64,000 nucleotides of DNA from Auanema rhodensis (Eukaryota; Animalia; Nematoda). Shown piece after piece: positions 26,811 through 40,703 of the stretch; position 1 is the stretch's first letter, and every line of letters starts with the position of its first letter. The notes under the pieces are model-generated. The model made no database searches. It was not told the DNA's origin and saw only the letters and a program-made list of their open reading frames with translations. The translations under genes and the position numbers were made by a program. Location of the stretch: NCBI GenBank assembly GCA_964057225.1, contig OZ059895.1, positions 5,766,001 to 5,830,000 on the forward strand, read 5' to 3'.

Positions 26811-29800
26811 TTATTTATATACAATGCTGCTTTTTCTTTTCTTAATTATACTTCTTTTACTTGGCTCAATCATTGCTTCATCACGACCAAAGAACGAAAT
26901 CAGTTGGGGATGCAGCCTTGAAAACAATTATGAATAATGTTTAGAGTTTCTTAAATACCTGAAATGCAGTGCTTTATCAGAAGGTTGTTCCAAAATTTCT
27001 CCATCTAAGTTCCAAACACCCTGCTCTTTCTGATCTTCGTCGGGCTGATACGACCACTTAACAACTCGGTAACAGTTCAAAGAGGGATCCAAGTGATAAA
27101 GCTGAAGATCAAATTTAGTTTTAGCATAATGATAAGGTTGATATTACCCCTTTCCCACCATACATGGCAACTTTACGCATGAACTGAATATTACTGAAAC
27201 GCGAAACTCGTGGAACCATGGCCAAATCAAGCGTTCCATCACCAATTCCTAGAAAAAAATTCTAATTTCCACCTCATATATTCAAAAAACCTGTGAACGG
27301 AGCGAGACCATAGGGAGTAAAAGGCGTAACCGTTGGAATGACACAACATATAACATGAGTGAATTCAGTGTGCCAATGATAATCATAGCGTGGAGAGCCG
27401 GGTGTTGAAACACTGAGATATATTTTTTATTTTCACTTATATGCATATTACTTACACTTCCCCTTGCTCACAGAGAGCACAAGGCTTGAGACAAGGCGGC
27501 AAAACTTTGGATGGATCAGCAGTTTGCTTGTTGGACAAGGAAAAACAAACTTTTCCCTTATAAGTAGGGTGACGAGCAGTCGTTCGAAGAGCTGAAAACG
27601 TAGTTAACTGTATATTATTTAACAAGTATTATGATATATAAAGCATCGTAAAGACATACCACTCCATTGATAGCGTATAGGCCCTAAACAACGATATCGC
27701 TCAGAATCACGCAATACATCGCCAAGCCAACCATATGAGATAGCATTAGCAGATATTCGTAAAAGGCTTTGATCTTTATGCACTGTACACACATCTACAT
27801 AGCATTCAGAACCTAAAAACTTCAAAATGAAATAAATTATATTCTATCTAATCGCATAGAATGCATTGAATAAATTAAATTTTGAAAAAAGTTAAAATAT
27901 AATCAGTTATAGACCAAAGTGTTGTATCTATTATTATTCTATTTAAATTTAACCTAAAGCTATGTGGACAGCAGCTGTCACACAGTCGTTTGTCTCATGA
28001 ACTGTTGACACGATAGAATTAGCGGATCCTGCTCCAATTATACCAAACCGTAGATGTGGTGTAGTCAGACGGCTTGCATCAGGATTCTCAATATCAGCAC
28101 CTTAAATAATTAAATTCTATGTTATATAGTTTCAATCCCTGCTAATATAAAAAAACGCTTTAAGGATTTAGGATGAAATTGTTTATGAGAAATTGTAAGA
28201 AAGAGAACAAAGATTGACAAGCTGTCAAGGAATTTTGAACCAGCAAGAATAAAACACTTCAATCGGATGAAGTTGAATGAATATTTAATTTTATGATTCA
28301 ATATCCAAAATAAAATAAACTGTAGAAAAATATTTGAACTATTGAAAATATTACCGGAATCTCTTTGAGTTCGGATGAGAGCACCTGATAATAACTCATT
28401 AAACAAGCCGTCGCCACCTACGGAAACCTAAAATTTTCAGTAAGAATAAATTATTTTTCGAAGAAAAAAAAGAAAGTACATAATATAGAAAGAAGTAATA
28501 ATCATAAAATAGTTTACCACGCCATCAAGTTTCGACCATTTCTCTTGTTCCATCTCATTAATGTAGTCTCGGGCATGATTAGCTCGCTCAGTCAGGAAAA
28601 CTTCATATTTAAGACCAGGAATAAGTTCAAATAAAGGTTTTGTCTGTAAGAGAATATCATAATATCGTACGATCTATACCATTTTCACTATTAAAGAATA
28701 AATTTTAGAAAGAAACTGACTGTTTTCTCAAAAATAGTTTTTGCTTTACCCTTGCCACCAAATGGATTGATAAAAACAATGATGTTTTTCGGTCGATTAC
28801 GAATTTCTAAAAAAAAAACAAGGACATTTAGTTTCTCCTCTTCTTCTCTTCATATTTGCAAGTTCAAAAACTAACTTTTCAAAGTAGCTAGTATGATTGT
28901 CTGCCAGTAATTTCGTTCTTGTTGTGTAATAAAAGTAACTGGAATTTCCTTGACACGCCATTTATGTTCATTTTTTTTGAAAACAAAATAAAAGTAGAGA
29001 ATACGTTCGGTATCTATTGCCTAAAAGCGTATGATATGAAATCAGATGAAATATATAGTTTCATAGTTAAAAAAACTTGAATTTTGTTGTTTTATGGATA
29101 GAAAACTTACTTTTGAATCTTCTAGTTGTGGTACCCCTTTTCGAATTTTTATTCGATGTGATTTTACTGTCAACAATTCATCCAAGCGATAGAGTACAGA
29201 ATGCTTTAATTTGCCACTAAAAAATAAATTTTCAATTGAATTTTTTTATTAACTTAAAATACTCAGTTATAATTGCTTTGAAAGATTATCATCAGAAACA
29301 TGAAAATTGTTTGTTTTTCAGCCCTATATGAGCACCTGAACCCTCTTCCGTTGAATTTTTGAAAATTTTGATTTTGATTATTTCTGGCTAAGTTAAATTT
29401 TAATGAATTTATCTTTTAATACTTACTCCATTAACTGAAACTCGAACACATTCCGATCACGATCAAAAACTATTCGATGATCTTTACCATGCATTGATGT
29501 GACATCCGCAATCAGCTGACCAGCTTCTCCGGGTATTCTTGACCTACGTGTTCGATGATATTGATTGGGTTGAAGCTTCTCATCTATAATAATAATAATA
29601 TTTAAAGCCATATACTAAAGTCAATAAGATGAATGAAAATAAAGACATTGTAAGCAATATCGATCTAAATCCCAAAACTAATGTATATTTATATTTTTTT
29701 AAAAAATGAAAGACAAATTTAATTTCAAAGTAAAAAAACTTTTTAATAGATCTGATAATGAAGCATAAATTACTAAAATTATTATTAACAAGAATAGATT

Positions 29801-29929
29801 GAAAATAATATGAGAGTATCATATTTTGTCAGTTGGCTTCAAGAAAATTTAGTTACACGAGAGCAATTTTAAAAACTAACCTTTTTCATCAGGTAACAAA
29901 GGATACTCTTCCAGATTGCTATTGCCCAT
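26811..29929 (-). CDS. cerk-1: Ceramide kinase
   Basis: MG start and a PH-like N-terminus. DAGK catalytic motifs RPKNIIVFINPFGGKGKA, DGVVSVGGDGLFNELL, GIIGAGSANSI and SYGWLGDVLRDSERYRCLGPIRY. The CERK-specific CxxxCxxC motif is present (CLKPCALC), as are DGTLDL and WNLDGE. Confidence 0.92.
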
Positions 29930-32780
29930 TAGCTGCTGTAAATAGAATACAATCGTTTTTCTTAATTGTTATGAACGAAATAAATTTAGAAATATGATCA
30001 GATTGAAGAAGTCAGTTTATAAGATGGCATGTTGCCAAAAGACTACGCAGAATAATGAAAATAGGAAAAGTCACAAAAGAGGGGAATAAGAAAAAGAGGA
30101 GAGAAACATTGAGAAGAGCTCAAGGCACGTGAAAAATGACAGATGGGCGACGGATGATAGTTAAAAAAGAAAAACTAAAAGAAGAAAAAAAAGAAAAATG
30201 AAAAAAAAGAGAAAGCATGAAAAAATAGCGTAAGGTGTGCTCGACACGATTAAAGACAAAAATTTCATAGAATGTAGACAAGTGTTATAATAATAAAACG
30301 AATAATATAAAAGTAAATTATCAAGCAGCATACATGGAAGATTCGATAATATAGGTTATTATTTAGGATCATAGCTCTTAAGAGTGTTAATAAGAAAAAA
30401 CAGAGAAACAGTCAAAGAAGGGGAAAAAGGGAAAATAAGAAAACGGACAGAAAAAGCAGCTGGTAGGACATAGCAAGCATCAATTTCCGTTTTAGCTTTC
30501 ACAAGTTAACCAAAACGAACGACAAGAAGAGATGAGTAAATCGGGAAATAAAAAGAAATAGAATCAAGGAAAAGAATCCGAAAAAGGTTTTCATGGTTGT
30601 GTACAATCATTGTATGGAGGCGTAGGAAGTGAATTGTAAAAACGACGCGAAAATACAAAACAGAGATAAAGAAGAAATGAATGATCCGAGAGCATATGAG
30701 TAAACTTCCAAACAAAGATGCAATGGGGGGAAATATGGAGAACATAACTCTGAAAAAGCAATGTTTATCAATTATTATAAAATGATTGATCAAATGAACA
30801 TGTAATAAAAATAGAGAGAGAAGACAAGGGAGATATGAAGTCCCACATGAGAAAAATGAAATAAAAACATATTTTTGGAATATAGAATAACCGTTCATAG
30901 ATTTTTTAGTATTTAATAACAACGTGTATGATATGTTGTGCCAAATCCATATAAATGTCTAAGTGTGTAGTTCAATTCATTTACATAATACGAGGGACAT
31001 AAATTATTGATTGATTTCAACAAAACTAGACTGAACATATCAAGCACGTGTTTTGCTGAAAATATAAAAGAAAAGAAAAGAAGAATATAACTGTGTAATA
31101 TAATATTTATAATTGTGTGGAAAATATTAAACATATACGCGGGATAGATTTTTTTTATGCGCATCAAAAACAATATTACTAATAAACTAGTTGATCAGCT
31201 TTGAATATTTCACAAGCCTCTTGATATATTTTTAAATGATTCACGATAAGTATACAAAGGAAGAAGAAGAACGCGAGTGGCTGAACAATGTTGCAAGGAA
31301 ACAAACGGCAGAAGTGAGCAAGCGAAAAAGTGTGATCAGCCAAAAATACGGAAAATAGGACAAATTAGACCCGCCGCGCGATCGTTTGAGAGAAATTCTC
31401 TCTCCGTTTTCTTATTTTCTTCCATTAATTTGGATGTTATTATCTTGTATTTTGCTAGGTCTTTTTATAAGTAAGTACAGTGCAGGAGCTGTTTATGAGT
31501 GAACGTAGATTGAATTTCACATTCTATTTGTTTCAAAAATTGCGGTAGAGATATAAAATGCCGATGTCGCACAACAAACAGGTTATACTCCCCATTAAAT
31601 TCAAACTGAATCCACTGTCCTCTACGGTACGTATCTATCTCTCTGAATATCTAAACAGTTCTCCAGCGAAATGCATATGAAAATGAGAAATACGCTGACA
31701 ACAAGACCAAATAGATATGTTGATTGTATCTTCTCACCTTGACCAAATTTGATGTTGTCAAACGCCAGCTTCTCTTAATTTAAGCGATTTAGATTAAACC
31801 TATACTCCAAAATTTCAGCTTTTTTTTTGTTATAACTCTTGTAAATAAATCATTACTATCCATGCATTGTAAAAATAATTAAGATATTCTAAATGAAGTG
31901 TGCGATTGCTATTCGAAAATAGATTTAGGGTTAATTGGTATTAGATTAACTTGTGAAATTGTTAAGAATCAGGAATAAAACGTAATCTTTGGCACAACAA
32001 TAGATGATATAGGGACCCTTAAAAATAACTTGAAATTGATTAACATTCTTGCTCTCTTCCTAGTTTCCTATTCAGTCGCATCCTTTTTTCATTCAAATTG
32101 AGTTCTCTCTTTCTATCCCAACGTTTAATCTTTTCTCTTCGCATAACTATTGCGACAGATTTCTACTCAATATTTCACGCATTATAACCACCTGATGACA
32201 TGAATTGCGGAGTTTTCACTATAATTTTCCAAATTTCAAGCGAAAAAGCGGGATTTAAGCTACTTTGAATAAGTTTCCCAAAAGAAATGCTGCTATAAAA
32301 AACATAAATAGAACAACGAATATCATGCATGATGACGATGACGATGAGAAGACATTTCAGCCATGGCCTCTCATATTGTGAGCGAATACCGCAACGACCT
32401 TGGTCTAGTAAACATTCAACATTCCCTCTTTCCTTCCTCCTCTCTCTTTTCTCTCTTAAGCGCCCTTGTTAAATAGTCCACGACTCTTTTCCCATTTCTC
32501 GTCGAATTGATTTTTTTCATTAACAAATGATGAGTGTGAAAAATTGAAATGTTAAAATTATCAAGTATTACGAATGTAGCTAATTATTATTTATTATTTT
32601 TTTTAATATGGCGGTATATATGCTTATCATCAGGAAAGCAATATTCAAAACAAATGATAAATTTTCAAACTAAAGTTTAACGATCAAACTTTGGGTTTAT
32701 CAAATGCTAAGTTGTTAATTATACTTTATGCTTCATAATAAACAATTTTGTACTAAATTGGTCTCGTAGCGATAATATTG

Positions 32781-32788
32781 TGACGTCA
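32781..32788. promoter_or_regulatory. CRE palindrome TGACGTCA about 310 nt upstream of the OSER1 start
   Basis: Exact 8-mer match. Function is not shown. A second copy lies at 54984-54991 upstream of the C2orf68 homolog. Confidence 0.3.
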
Positions 32789-33097
32789 GAACATCTGTCA
32801 ATAATCGTTAATGATTTCACTTTTTATAAGAGAACATGTGTTTATCATATGTTTCAACTATTGTTTTATATATTTTCTTATTTTTGAGCTCTTGTAAAAT
32901 TGATTTAATCTTTATATTCTGATACATTAATATTCATTTCCATAGTTGTTTCATTATCGATTTTTTTTAATATAGCGTTTTATGTTTAGTTGAACTCATT
33001 TCATAAACTTGAAGCATTTCATTGTTTTATTAGTAATTGTCTTTACTTATTTGATTATTGATACAGTTTTTCTTTTTATAATGAATTGTTCTTAAGA

Positions 33098-33734
33098 ATG
33101 GCAAATACTAATAAAATCGATAAAGGAGAGTTAGCCTCAACATCACAAGAATATAAATTTTCACTTGATAATGCTATTGAAATTTTTGAGCGCATGGTGT
33201 TGGATGGGGATAAAAAATTAAAATCACAACCAACAGACAACGAGTCACAGGTAATATATATATATTTTCTTGTTTTTCAGTATTTTCTTAATCTAGATTC
33301 GGAGGAGACGCTCACGGTCTAGAACAGATCATGTAAAATCGCCAAATGCAATTTTTAGGTGGAGACCATATTCATTACCACGGTTTTGTTTTTTTTTATG
33401 ATAATTTAAATTTTTTGATTTGTTTAGGAGGTTTTCTGTACAAAAATCAAAAACGAATGTGGAAGATTTATCATCTGTCTTTAGCCGAGTGCGGTGGCGT
33501 GACTTAGACTTAGATGTGGATGATCTAAAATATAGTTTACTTGACAGGTTAGAAATATATCTTGTATTTCTATAAGTTTTGTTATTATTCAGGAAAGATA
33601 ATATATCATGTAGTGTGCAAGCTGTACGCGCTCCCTCGCCAACATTCCTTGTTGACGAATTATCCGAATACTTTGCTCATTTTGTTCGAGTTGACTTAAA
33701 AATGTCAGCGTTAGCAGAGTCTATGTATTGCTAA
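33098..33734 (+). CDS. oser-1: Oxidative stress-responsive serine-rich protein 1 (OSER1/DUF776), 4 exons
   Basis: C-terminus SCSVQAVRAPSPTFLVDELSEYFAHFVRVDLKMSALAESMYC matches the OSER1 signature (SCSxQA...DELxxY...KMSxxAExMY). Confidence 0.85.
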
Positions 33735-34574
33735 CATTTGTTTTTTTTTTGCTTGATCAAATGTTTTTCAATGTATATTTTGTACAAATCACATGTAAGA
33801 TAAAAAATTTATGTCTTATATACATAAATTCCGAGATACTAAGAATGACAACGTGAAATAAGTTGAAAGATGGATAAATTTGTTAAGATCCGCATATAAT
33901 ACAAATTCTAGCGACCAGCACAAAACAATACAATCTTAATATGGAAATGGTAAAACCTTAAAAGGTAATAAGATAGAAATGCAAATCAAAATGAGATGGG
34001 GAATTGAGAAACGTGAGTATCGATTAAAATGTGGCTAAAATTAGATATTAGATTTTGGTAAGAAAAACATGTTAGAATGATTAATAAAAAATATTAAAAA
34101 AATATAAAAATGGGATCACGCCTTTAAGAAGTATTAGTTAATAGTGCGAAAGGCTTCTTCAAATCCTAGGTAAAACTGTAGAAACCATTAAAATATGAAA
34201 ATGTTAGGGCATGTACAAAATCTTCACAAGCTGAATTGATCACAATTCCGGATTAGTATAGTTTTTTAACTAATTATAATTAACTGAATTCGAATAGAAC
34301 AACTTAACAACACTTATAGGTACCATACTAGAGCACGAAGCTTTCATTACAAGGAATATATTAGTTCTAAAAGAGATTACATAATATTTGAGAAAAAAAA
34401 GCTCCAACCTGATCGAGTAAAACGCTTCAATTTTATATAGTAAAGTTCTAACATTCCTCTAACAAAGTAGTGCCAAAAATCTTAAAAAATAAAATATTAA
34501 TATGACATACAGCATACAACTTTTTTCTTACATCAGGTATTAATACGCATATGTATGGTGGTCTCACGTTATGT

Positions 34575-37500
34575 TTACCGAAAAGGGTTGTATGGGACTT
34601 TTCGTGCACGAGAAAATATTATACCTTCATAATACTTTTTAGTTTGAGGATCAGATTTCGATTCTTTGTCGGCTTCACAATCTGAATCTGATCCCGAACT
34701 AGTGTCAGAGCCTATTGCCGGGTCAGTCGTACTATCAGAGTCCATATTTACGTTATCCATTTCCCGACCATTTTCAGTATTAGCTTTGTTATCCTCATGG
34801 TCTTCCTGGTTCTCGTCTTCGTCTTCTTGATTATCACTCTGGTTTTTAACTTCATCACTTTCGTCACTCTCATCCACATCGTTATCTTCGTTAGCTTCTT
34901 CTTCTTCTTCGTCATCATCTTCATCCTCATCCTCATCCTCATCCTCTTCGTCATCATCTTCCCCTTCTACGTTATCATCATCGTCTTCATCATCATCTTC
35001 GTCATCCTCATCTTCAGCGGAATCTGCGCTAGCTTTAGCATTCGAAGTAGAAACATTATTTTCCATTTGATTATCCATAGTTTTATCTTTTAAACTACGG
35101 CGAGTTTCGAAAACATGGTAATCCATATGATCATCATCATTCGTGCTCAAATGCTTATTATCTTCATCTGAGTCATCGTCTCCAGATGGTGATGGGGAAG
35201 AAACCCTACGACGGCTCTCTGTATTAATATTTACGTTTTCATTCTCATCATCATCTTCATCATCTTCATCTTCTTCATCATCATCTTCGTCATCTCCTTC
35301 TCCATCCAGGTCACTATCAGATCCATAAAGCTGCAATATATTCAATATAGATAGCCAGTTGACAATTTCTGCCTACCCCTTTTTCTGTGTCAATAAGTTC
35401 AACGGAAATCATGGGATTGTGGTCACTAACCAGAAAAATTTTAAAGCAATTTGAACAAGTCATGTTCTCTTCAGCTTCCGTCGAATATTCTCCTTCATAT
35501 CTGAAAACAGCTTGTATATATAAGTCAAGAATATGCAACAATACCCTAGACGGAAGTCAGATTCATCATAACTGGAGTAGGGTTTTGATAATCTATATTT
35601 ATGGTAAAGAGTGATTGCCATGGATTCATCGATATCAGACACCAATTGCAGAAGCTGTCGAGCACACCCTGCTACTAGTTTATCTATTGTAAAGACCAGA
35701 TAGCCATCCTGTGGAAATTTAACCCTAGACAACAAAGACGGTTTAAAAGAGAAAACTAATCATTAATATACCTAACGTTATCTTCAAACGTATTTACTTC
35801 TAACTGTCCATCCATAAATGCCTTTATATCCCTTATAGTATCGTCAAAATACGTAACAGGAGATTTCCTAACTCCCTACAAAAATCATTTCATTATTTTC
35901 AATGACATTGTTTCGTACCCTAATTAGATAAAGCCCATTGTTAATATCACTACAGTTAAGCTCGTGAGAAGGTATGTCTTTTCCGTGTTTCTCATATATT
36001 TCAACCTGTCTTCGAGTAAGATCTTGTTCAAACTGAAAAGAAAAGCTTGAGAACCGCGTCGCATTGAAGTAGAAAGCTTACATAGAATTCGGTGACCATT
36101 TCTTCATATTTACTCTTTAATTTCCCTAGTCTATCACATAAAATTTGATGAAATCTCAAGAAAACATAAAGAGCATTTCCCCCATAGATCAATCTTGTTT
36201 TCGATATTCCTGGTACAGTGGTTTTAAATTCTTGCTTATTGGGGCTAAAATGTTTAACGTTTAGTAATTTCCAAAACTTGAAAAAACTTACGATATGGCA
36301 TACAAGGAATCGCTATCATCTTCATTATCACTCATTTCTTCGAAATCCATAAAGAACCATTCATTTACATACCTTGAACACAGAAAAATGAGAAAAAATG
36401 AATAAGTGACAATAACAAACCTTCTTAGCAGTTTTTTAATTCTAGTTTTATCTGTTTTTTGTATGTTAGATTGACGTTTGACATAATGTATGACTAAATT
36501 AGAAGCGTCGCCTAGAATTGATCTATCTGTCGGATAGGTTAAAAGTACATGAGGACCAGAATCTTCACATAAACCGTCGTCAGCCCTGAAAAATATATAA
36601 AATATTCAATATTCAAAAATTGGTCACTTTTGTTGTCGTTCATCAAATAGCTGTTCAATATGGGTAACCATTTGCTTAGCTTTGATCCATTTCGTATCAC
36701 TTGTTTTTAAAGAATTAGTTTGATGATCGAGAGCTCGTACTTTGTATTTTTCGTTTTGCTCTCTCCAGATTCTAAAAAAAATAATACTGAAAAGCGAAAA
36801 TTATTTGTATGCAGGTACTTGTTCATTTCTCGCTGTGCTTCAAGCCACTCTCTTTCTTTTTTCTTCATACTAGCCAAAATCTATAAAATCATTGTGTTTC
36901 CTAGTATAGTTCTAAATGACAAACCTTGGGAACTGATATATATGGAGTGACTTTGAGACCTTCAATAATAGTAGACGCATGTTCACCATAAATTCTTTTT
37001 ACTGCTCGTTGCATCAAAGAAGCAGAAGATCCTCCGAGTTTCTCATCAAGCCTTAAACGTTTAAACATATTAGAGTATACAGGATAAACAGAAAATGTTA
37101 GCGATAGTTGAAAAATTGAGAAAGTAGTGTACTAATATAATCAAACATTACCTAAACCTTTCTTGGTCAAAAGAACCCATTTTATTGAGTTTCCTTTGCA
37201 CAGATTCTAAGGCTTCAATGGCGTATTTGTTCACTTCAATTATTATGTCAAGCTGAAAAATAAATTAAGACGGAATATTTAATTAAAGAAATCACATACC
37301 TCAAATCTCTCATCTTCTGTTCTATAAATGAAGTCTTCATACGCTGTTTTTTTGGACGCTACACTGGTGGAATCTTCAGAAGAAGAAGAAGGAAAAGAAA
37401 CCCAAATATCATTAAGAACTTCTTCACATAACGGTGTCCTACCAGTACATGATGGATGTTGATAATTAATCGGACGACTTCTGAAAGATGTTCATATAAT

Positions 37501-39339
37501 ATTATTATATTGTATTAATTAAACCTATAGCTAACACCAAGTTGTTTACAACTTGCATAATCTATTTGATATTGAAGCTCTTCTTCTAGAACCTCAGCAC
37601 TCTCGTTGGAATCTACTTCCGTTTCTTCTTCACTTGGGAAAAACATCTGTTTCATCTTGTTCATAAGGAATGGATAAGCAGCTAAATCAAAAAGTTAGTT
37701 TTAGTTTTTTATTTTGGAAACATACCGAATGATTGTTGAAAACTATCAAGTAATTCACCGGGAGATAAAATATTGTTGCTATATAGATTAATAAATCGAA
37801 GAAATGTATCAAATTCATAAGACTTCAACGACTTTCGAACCTTAAGCAATCACAGATGTCTAAAGAGGTATAAAATCTCACTAACCTTATCAAAAAATGC
37901 CAGATCTTCTATAGAAGTTCTTGCGACAACTTCATAAACATTGATATTCGGGGAAGGTAAAGGAAACATTTGACTGTGATACTATAATAATAAGTATTAA
38001 CCTCAAGACAACATGTTGAATCTCACATAAGACATTTCAGGTTCAGGCATATTACCAGTATCTTCTTCTTCTTCCTCTTCCTCTTCATCCTCTTCTTCTT
38101 CCTCGCATTCGTCTTCATATTCTTCTTCTTCGAAATCCTCAATTTGCTAAAACATTGAATAAGTTAATACTAATAGGGCAACAGGGAAGTTTACCCGAAA
38201 AAAATTAACAAAACCAGGCCGGCGACAAAAACCATGAAGCTGTGGTAAAAATGTACGAAACTCCTGAAGAATATCTGGCTCCATTCCTAACAATGTAGTT
38301 AAAGAACCACATAGTGCCTCTTCTAAGACAGGGGTTAGAGTCTGTAATAAAATGCTATATCAAATTCTTATCTTGTTCTTACTTCATTAACAATTGATCT
38401 CTGATACTCGTAGAGCAAATCTAGAATTTTCCTGTAAACGTCAGGTTCTTCAAAGAACCGAGACTAAAAATAAAACATGAATAACTGTAATATAAATATT
38501 CACATACTCTAACTTTATTAATAAATTCGAGAGCAGTGTTCACAGTGAATCCTTCTAAGTTCGCCATTAGCTTAAAATAGACCGAATAAAATATCACCAA
38601 ACGAATTGAGCTTACTTCATGTTCGTAACCAAACGTATCCGTATAAGCCAACGTTCCAGGATCACCAACATGATCTAATTGATCGACACCGTGCTCTTCT
38701 TCATCTTCGTATTCTTCGTCGTCACCATGTATAGGTCTTTGCTCTTCAGGAAGCACAGCCGTCATTTCTTCTTCTTGATTGATAGGTAGAGCTTCAGCAT
38801 CCTCCATAAACATTTCCGGAGTCTCAGGTAATGGCAGTGGATGTTCACCATGTCCAATAACCTGAACACAATAATTTAAAAACTCTTAAAAAAATTACAA
38901 TTACCTTTACGAAACCACTTGGCTCTCTAATAGTAATAAACTCTCCTTCTACTTTTACTTCAAACCCAGTGGGAAGAAATGTATTAAACCCAAGAATAAG
39001 CTGTGGTCTTCCATGAAAAAGCTGACTAACCCGTGTAATAACTCCAGGTGTATCGATCCTGAATAAAACCAATTCAGCCTCAACCCATTAAATCAATAAA
39101 CTAACGCTTGAGACTTAAAATCTTTCATAATATCAAGAAATTGTGTGTAAATGGCTGGTTCTGACGCAAATTGTGTTTTAACTTGATCCAAATAAGATAG
39201 AGCATCTTCCACCTTAGATAATACCATAAAACCTCATATGAGTAAAGAGGACGCTCACCTTAACTCGGCTCTGAGAAGAGCTTGGGACTTGGGAATCACA
39301 ACTATCATATATACTATTTCCTTCACTATTACTATACAT
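34575..39339 (-). CDS. sin-3: SIN3 transcriptional corepressor / HDAC scaffold
   Basis: PAH1: [14 protein letters not shown]...[48 protein letters not shown]-interaction domain: CKQLGVSYR...[20 protein letters not shown]...EDERFELD. C-terminal FTIDKLV motif and an acidic last exon. Confidence 0.93.
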
Positions 39340-40703
39340 GCTCTAAAATAAAAAAAAATAAGAAAATCATAGAAATAGACACACAAAAGCAGAAATTAAA
39401 TTTGAATAAATACGAAGCTAGCAGCATCATAAAATGGCATTTTCAAAACATTTGACCCACCGCTAATTTTTGGCAATGGAGCACGCTTCTGTTCAATAGC
39501 TTTGTAAACGCTCCATGTGTTTAAAAATGATTAAGTATATAAAAGCTTCATTGAAGAAATCCGAAAGTAATTGGTTCTGATATATTTTGAAGTGTATGCT
39601 TAGCTTCACTAAAATTGAAGAAGTACGGTAAATTTTCAATTCAAATGTATATATAAATATGATAAATATATCGTTAAAATCACAGCTCACAGTTAAAGTA
39701 GAAACAGAAATTAACATATGCTCTATTAATTGGAATTAAATGTTAAAATATATTTTTAATTCTGGTAGATCTAGAATATAAAAGTCCTTCTACGAAAAAT
39801 GCTTAATAACACTCTAATTTATTTGAACAACGATATAGTTTTCATAAACTGAAGGTTTTATGTATTAAACATGTATTGTAATTTTCTTAATATCATTAAA
39901 CATTTTTTCATAGCTTTGTTCTAATATTTCAGGTAAGAAAGTTTTTTTTATTTGACCAATTCTTCAGTAGTGCTCATACTCTTATTTTTCTACCAAATGA
40001 TAAGGCTATAGCGAGATTTCGGGAGTTCATACAATCCATCAGACACGAGGTAACTGTGGCATATCAGTGTTCATTTATTAGTACATCGATACCATTGTTA
40101 TAATTATAAAATATTTAAATCTCAGACTTCGTTCATTTTCTCGGCTATTGTTGGATGTCCAATTTGGCCATGCTCTTCCTTGACAATCAGAAAATGAAGA
40201 AATATTTATGAAAATAATTTATTTAATCATAAAAAACACAAATTATAATATAAAAAAATGATATTTTTTCTAATTTTAAAATTTTTGATTACCATTTCCC
40301 ATGGTAATCGGTCGTTCCTATAACATCTAATGAATATTGATAATTTTACGTTCTTTAATATTTAGACACTTTCTCCGTTAATCAATCGAAGACAGTAACA
40401 AACGCTCATAGAAGAATTAAATTAATGCATAATAATGAATATAATATATTTTAATAATTTAATTTTATAATAACTGTATCTATTTGTTCCGAAAACAATA
40501 CAGAGAATATATTCTTTTTTTTTGCTGTGCAATGGTCGCAATTCTCTTAGTTTGTTTTCTGGGCCGTCAATAGTCATGAGTTAACTGATGAAAGAGAAAT
40601 ATCTAAACATTGTATTTTTATTGAACTTCGTTTTAACGATTATAATTATATGGAATTGTTTCATTTATAAATTTTTCAGTCTATCTATGTATTATGATAG
40701 ATA

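Noticed and set aside
30506-31173. 138-aa and 86-aa minus-strand Phe/Leu/Ile-rich ORFs
   Set aside because: Composition reflects T-rich upstream DNA of ceramide kinase. No motifs or splice support.
31841-32414. DAF-16/FOXO-type GTAAAYA sites upstream of OSER1
   Set aside because: Short AT-rich motifs are expected by chance at this base composition.
34748-35328. Hydrophobic and Ser-rich ORFs overlapping the sin-3 last exon
   Set aside because: Shadows of GAT/GAA-rich acidic coding sequence.
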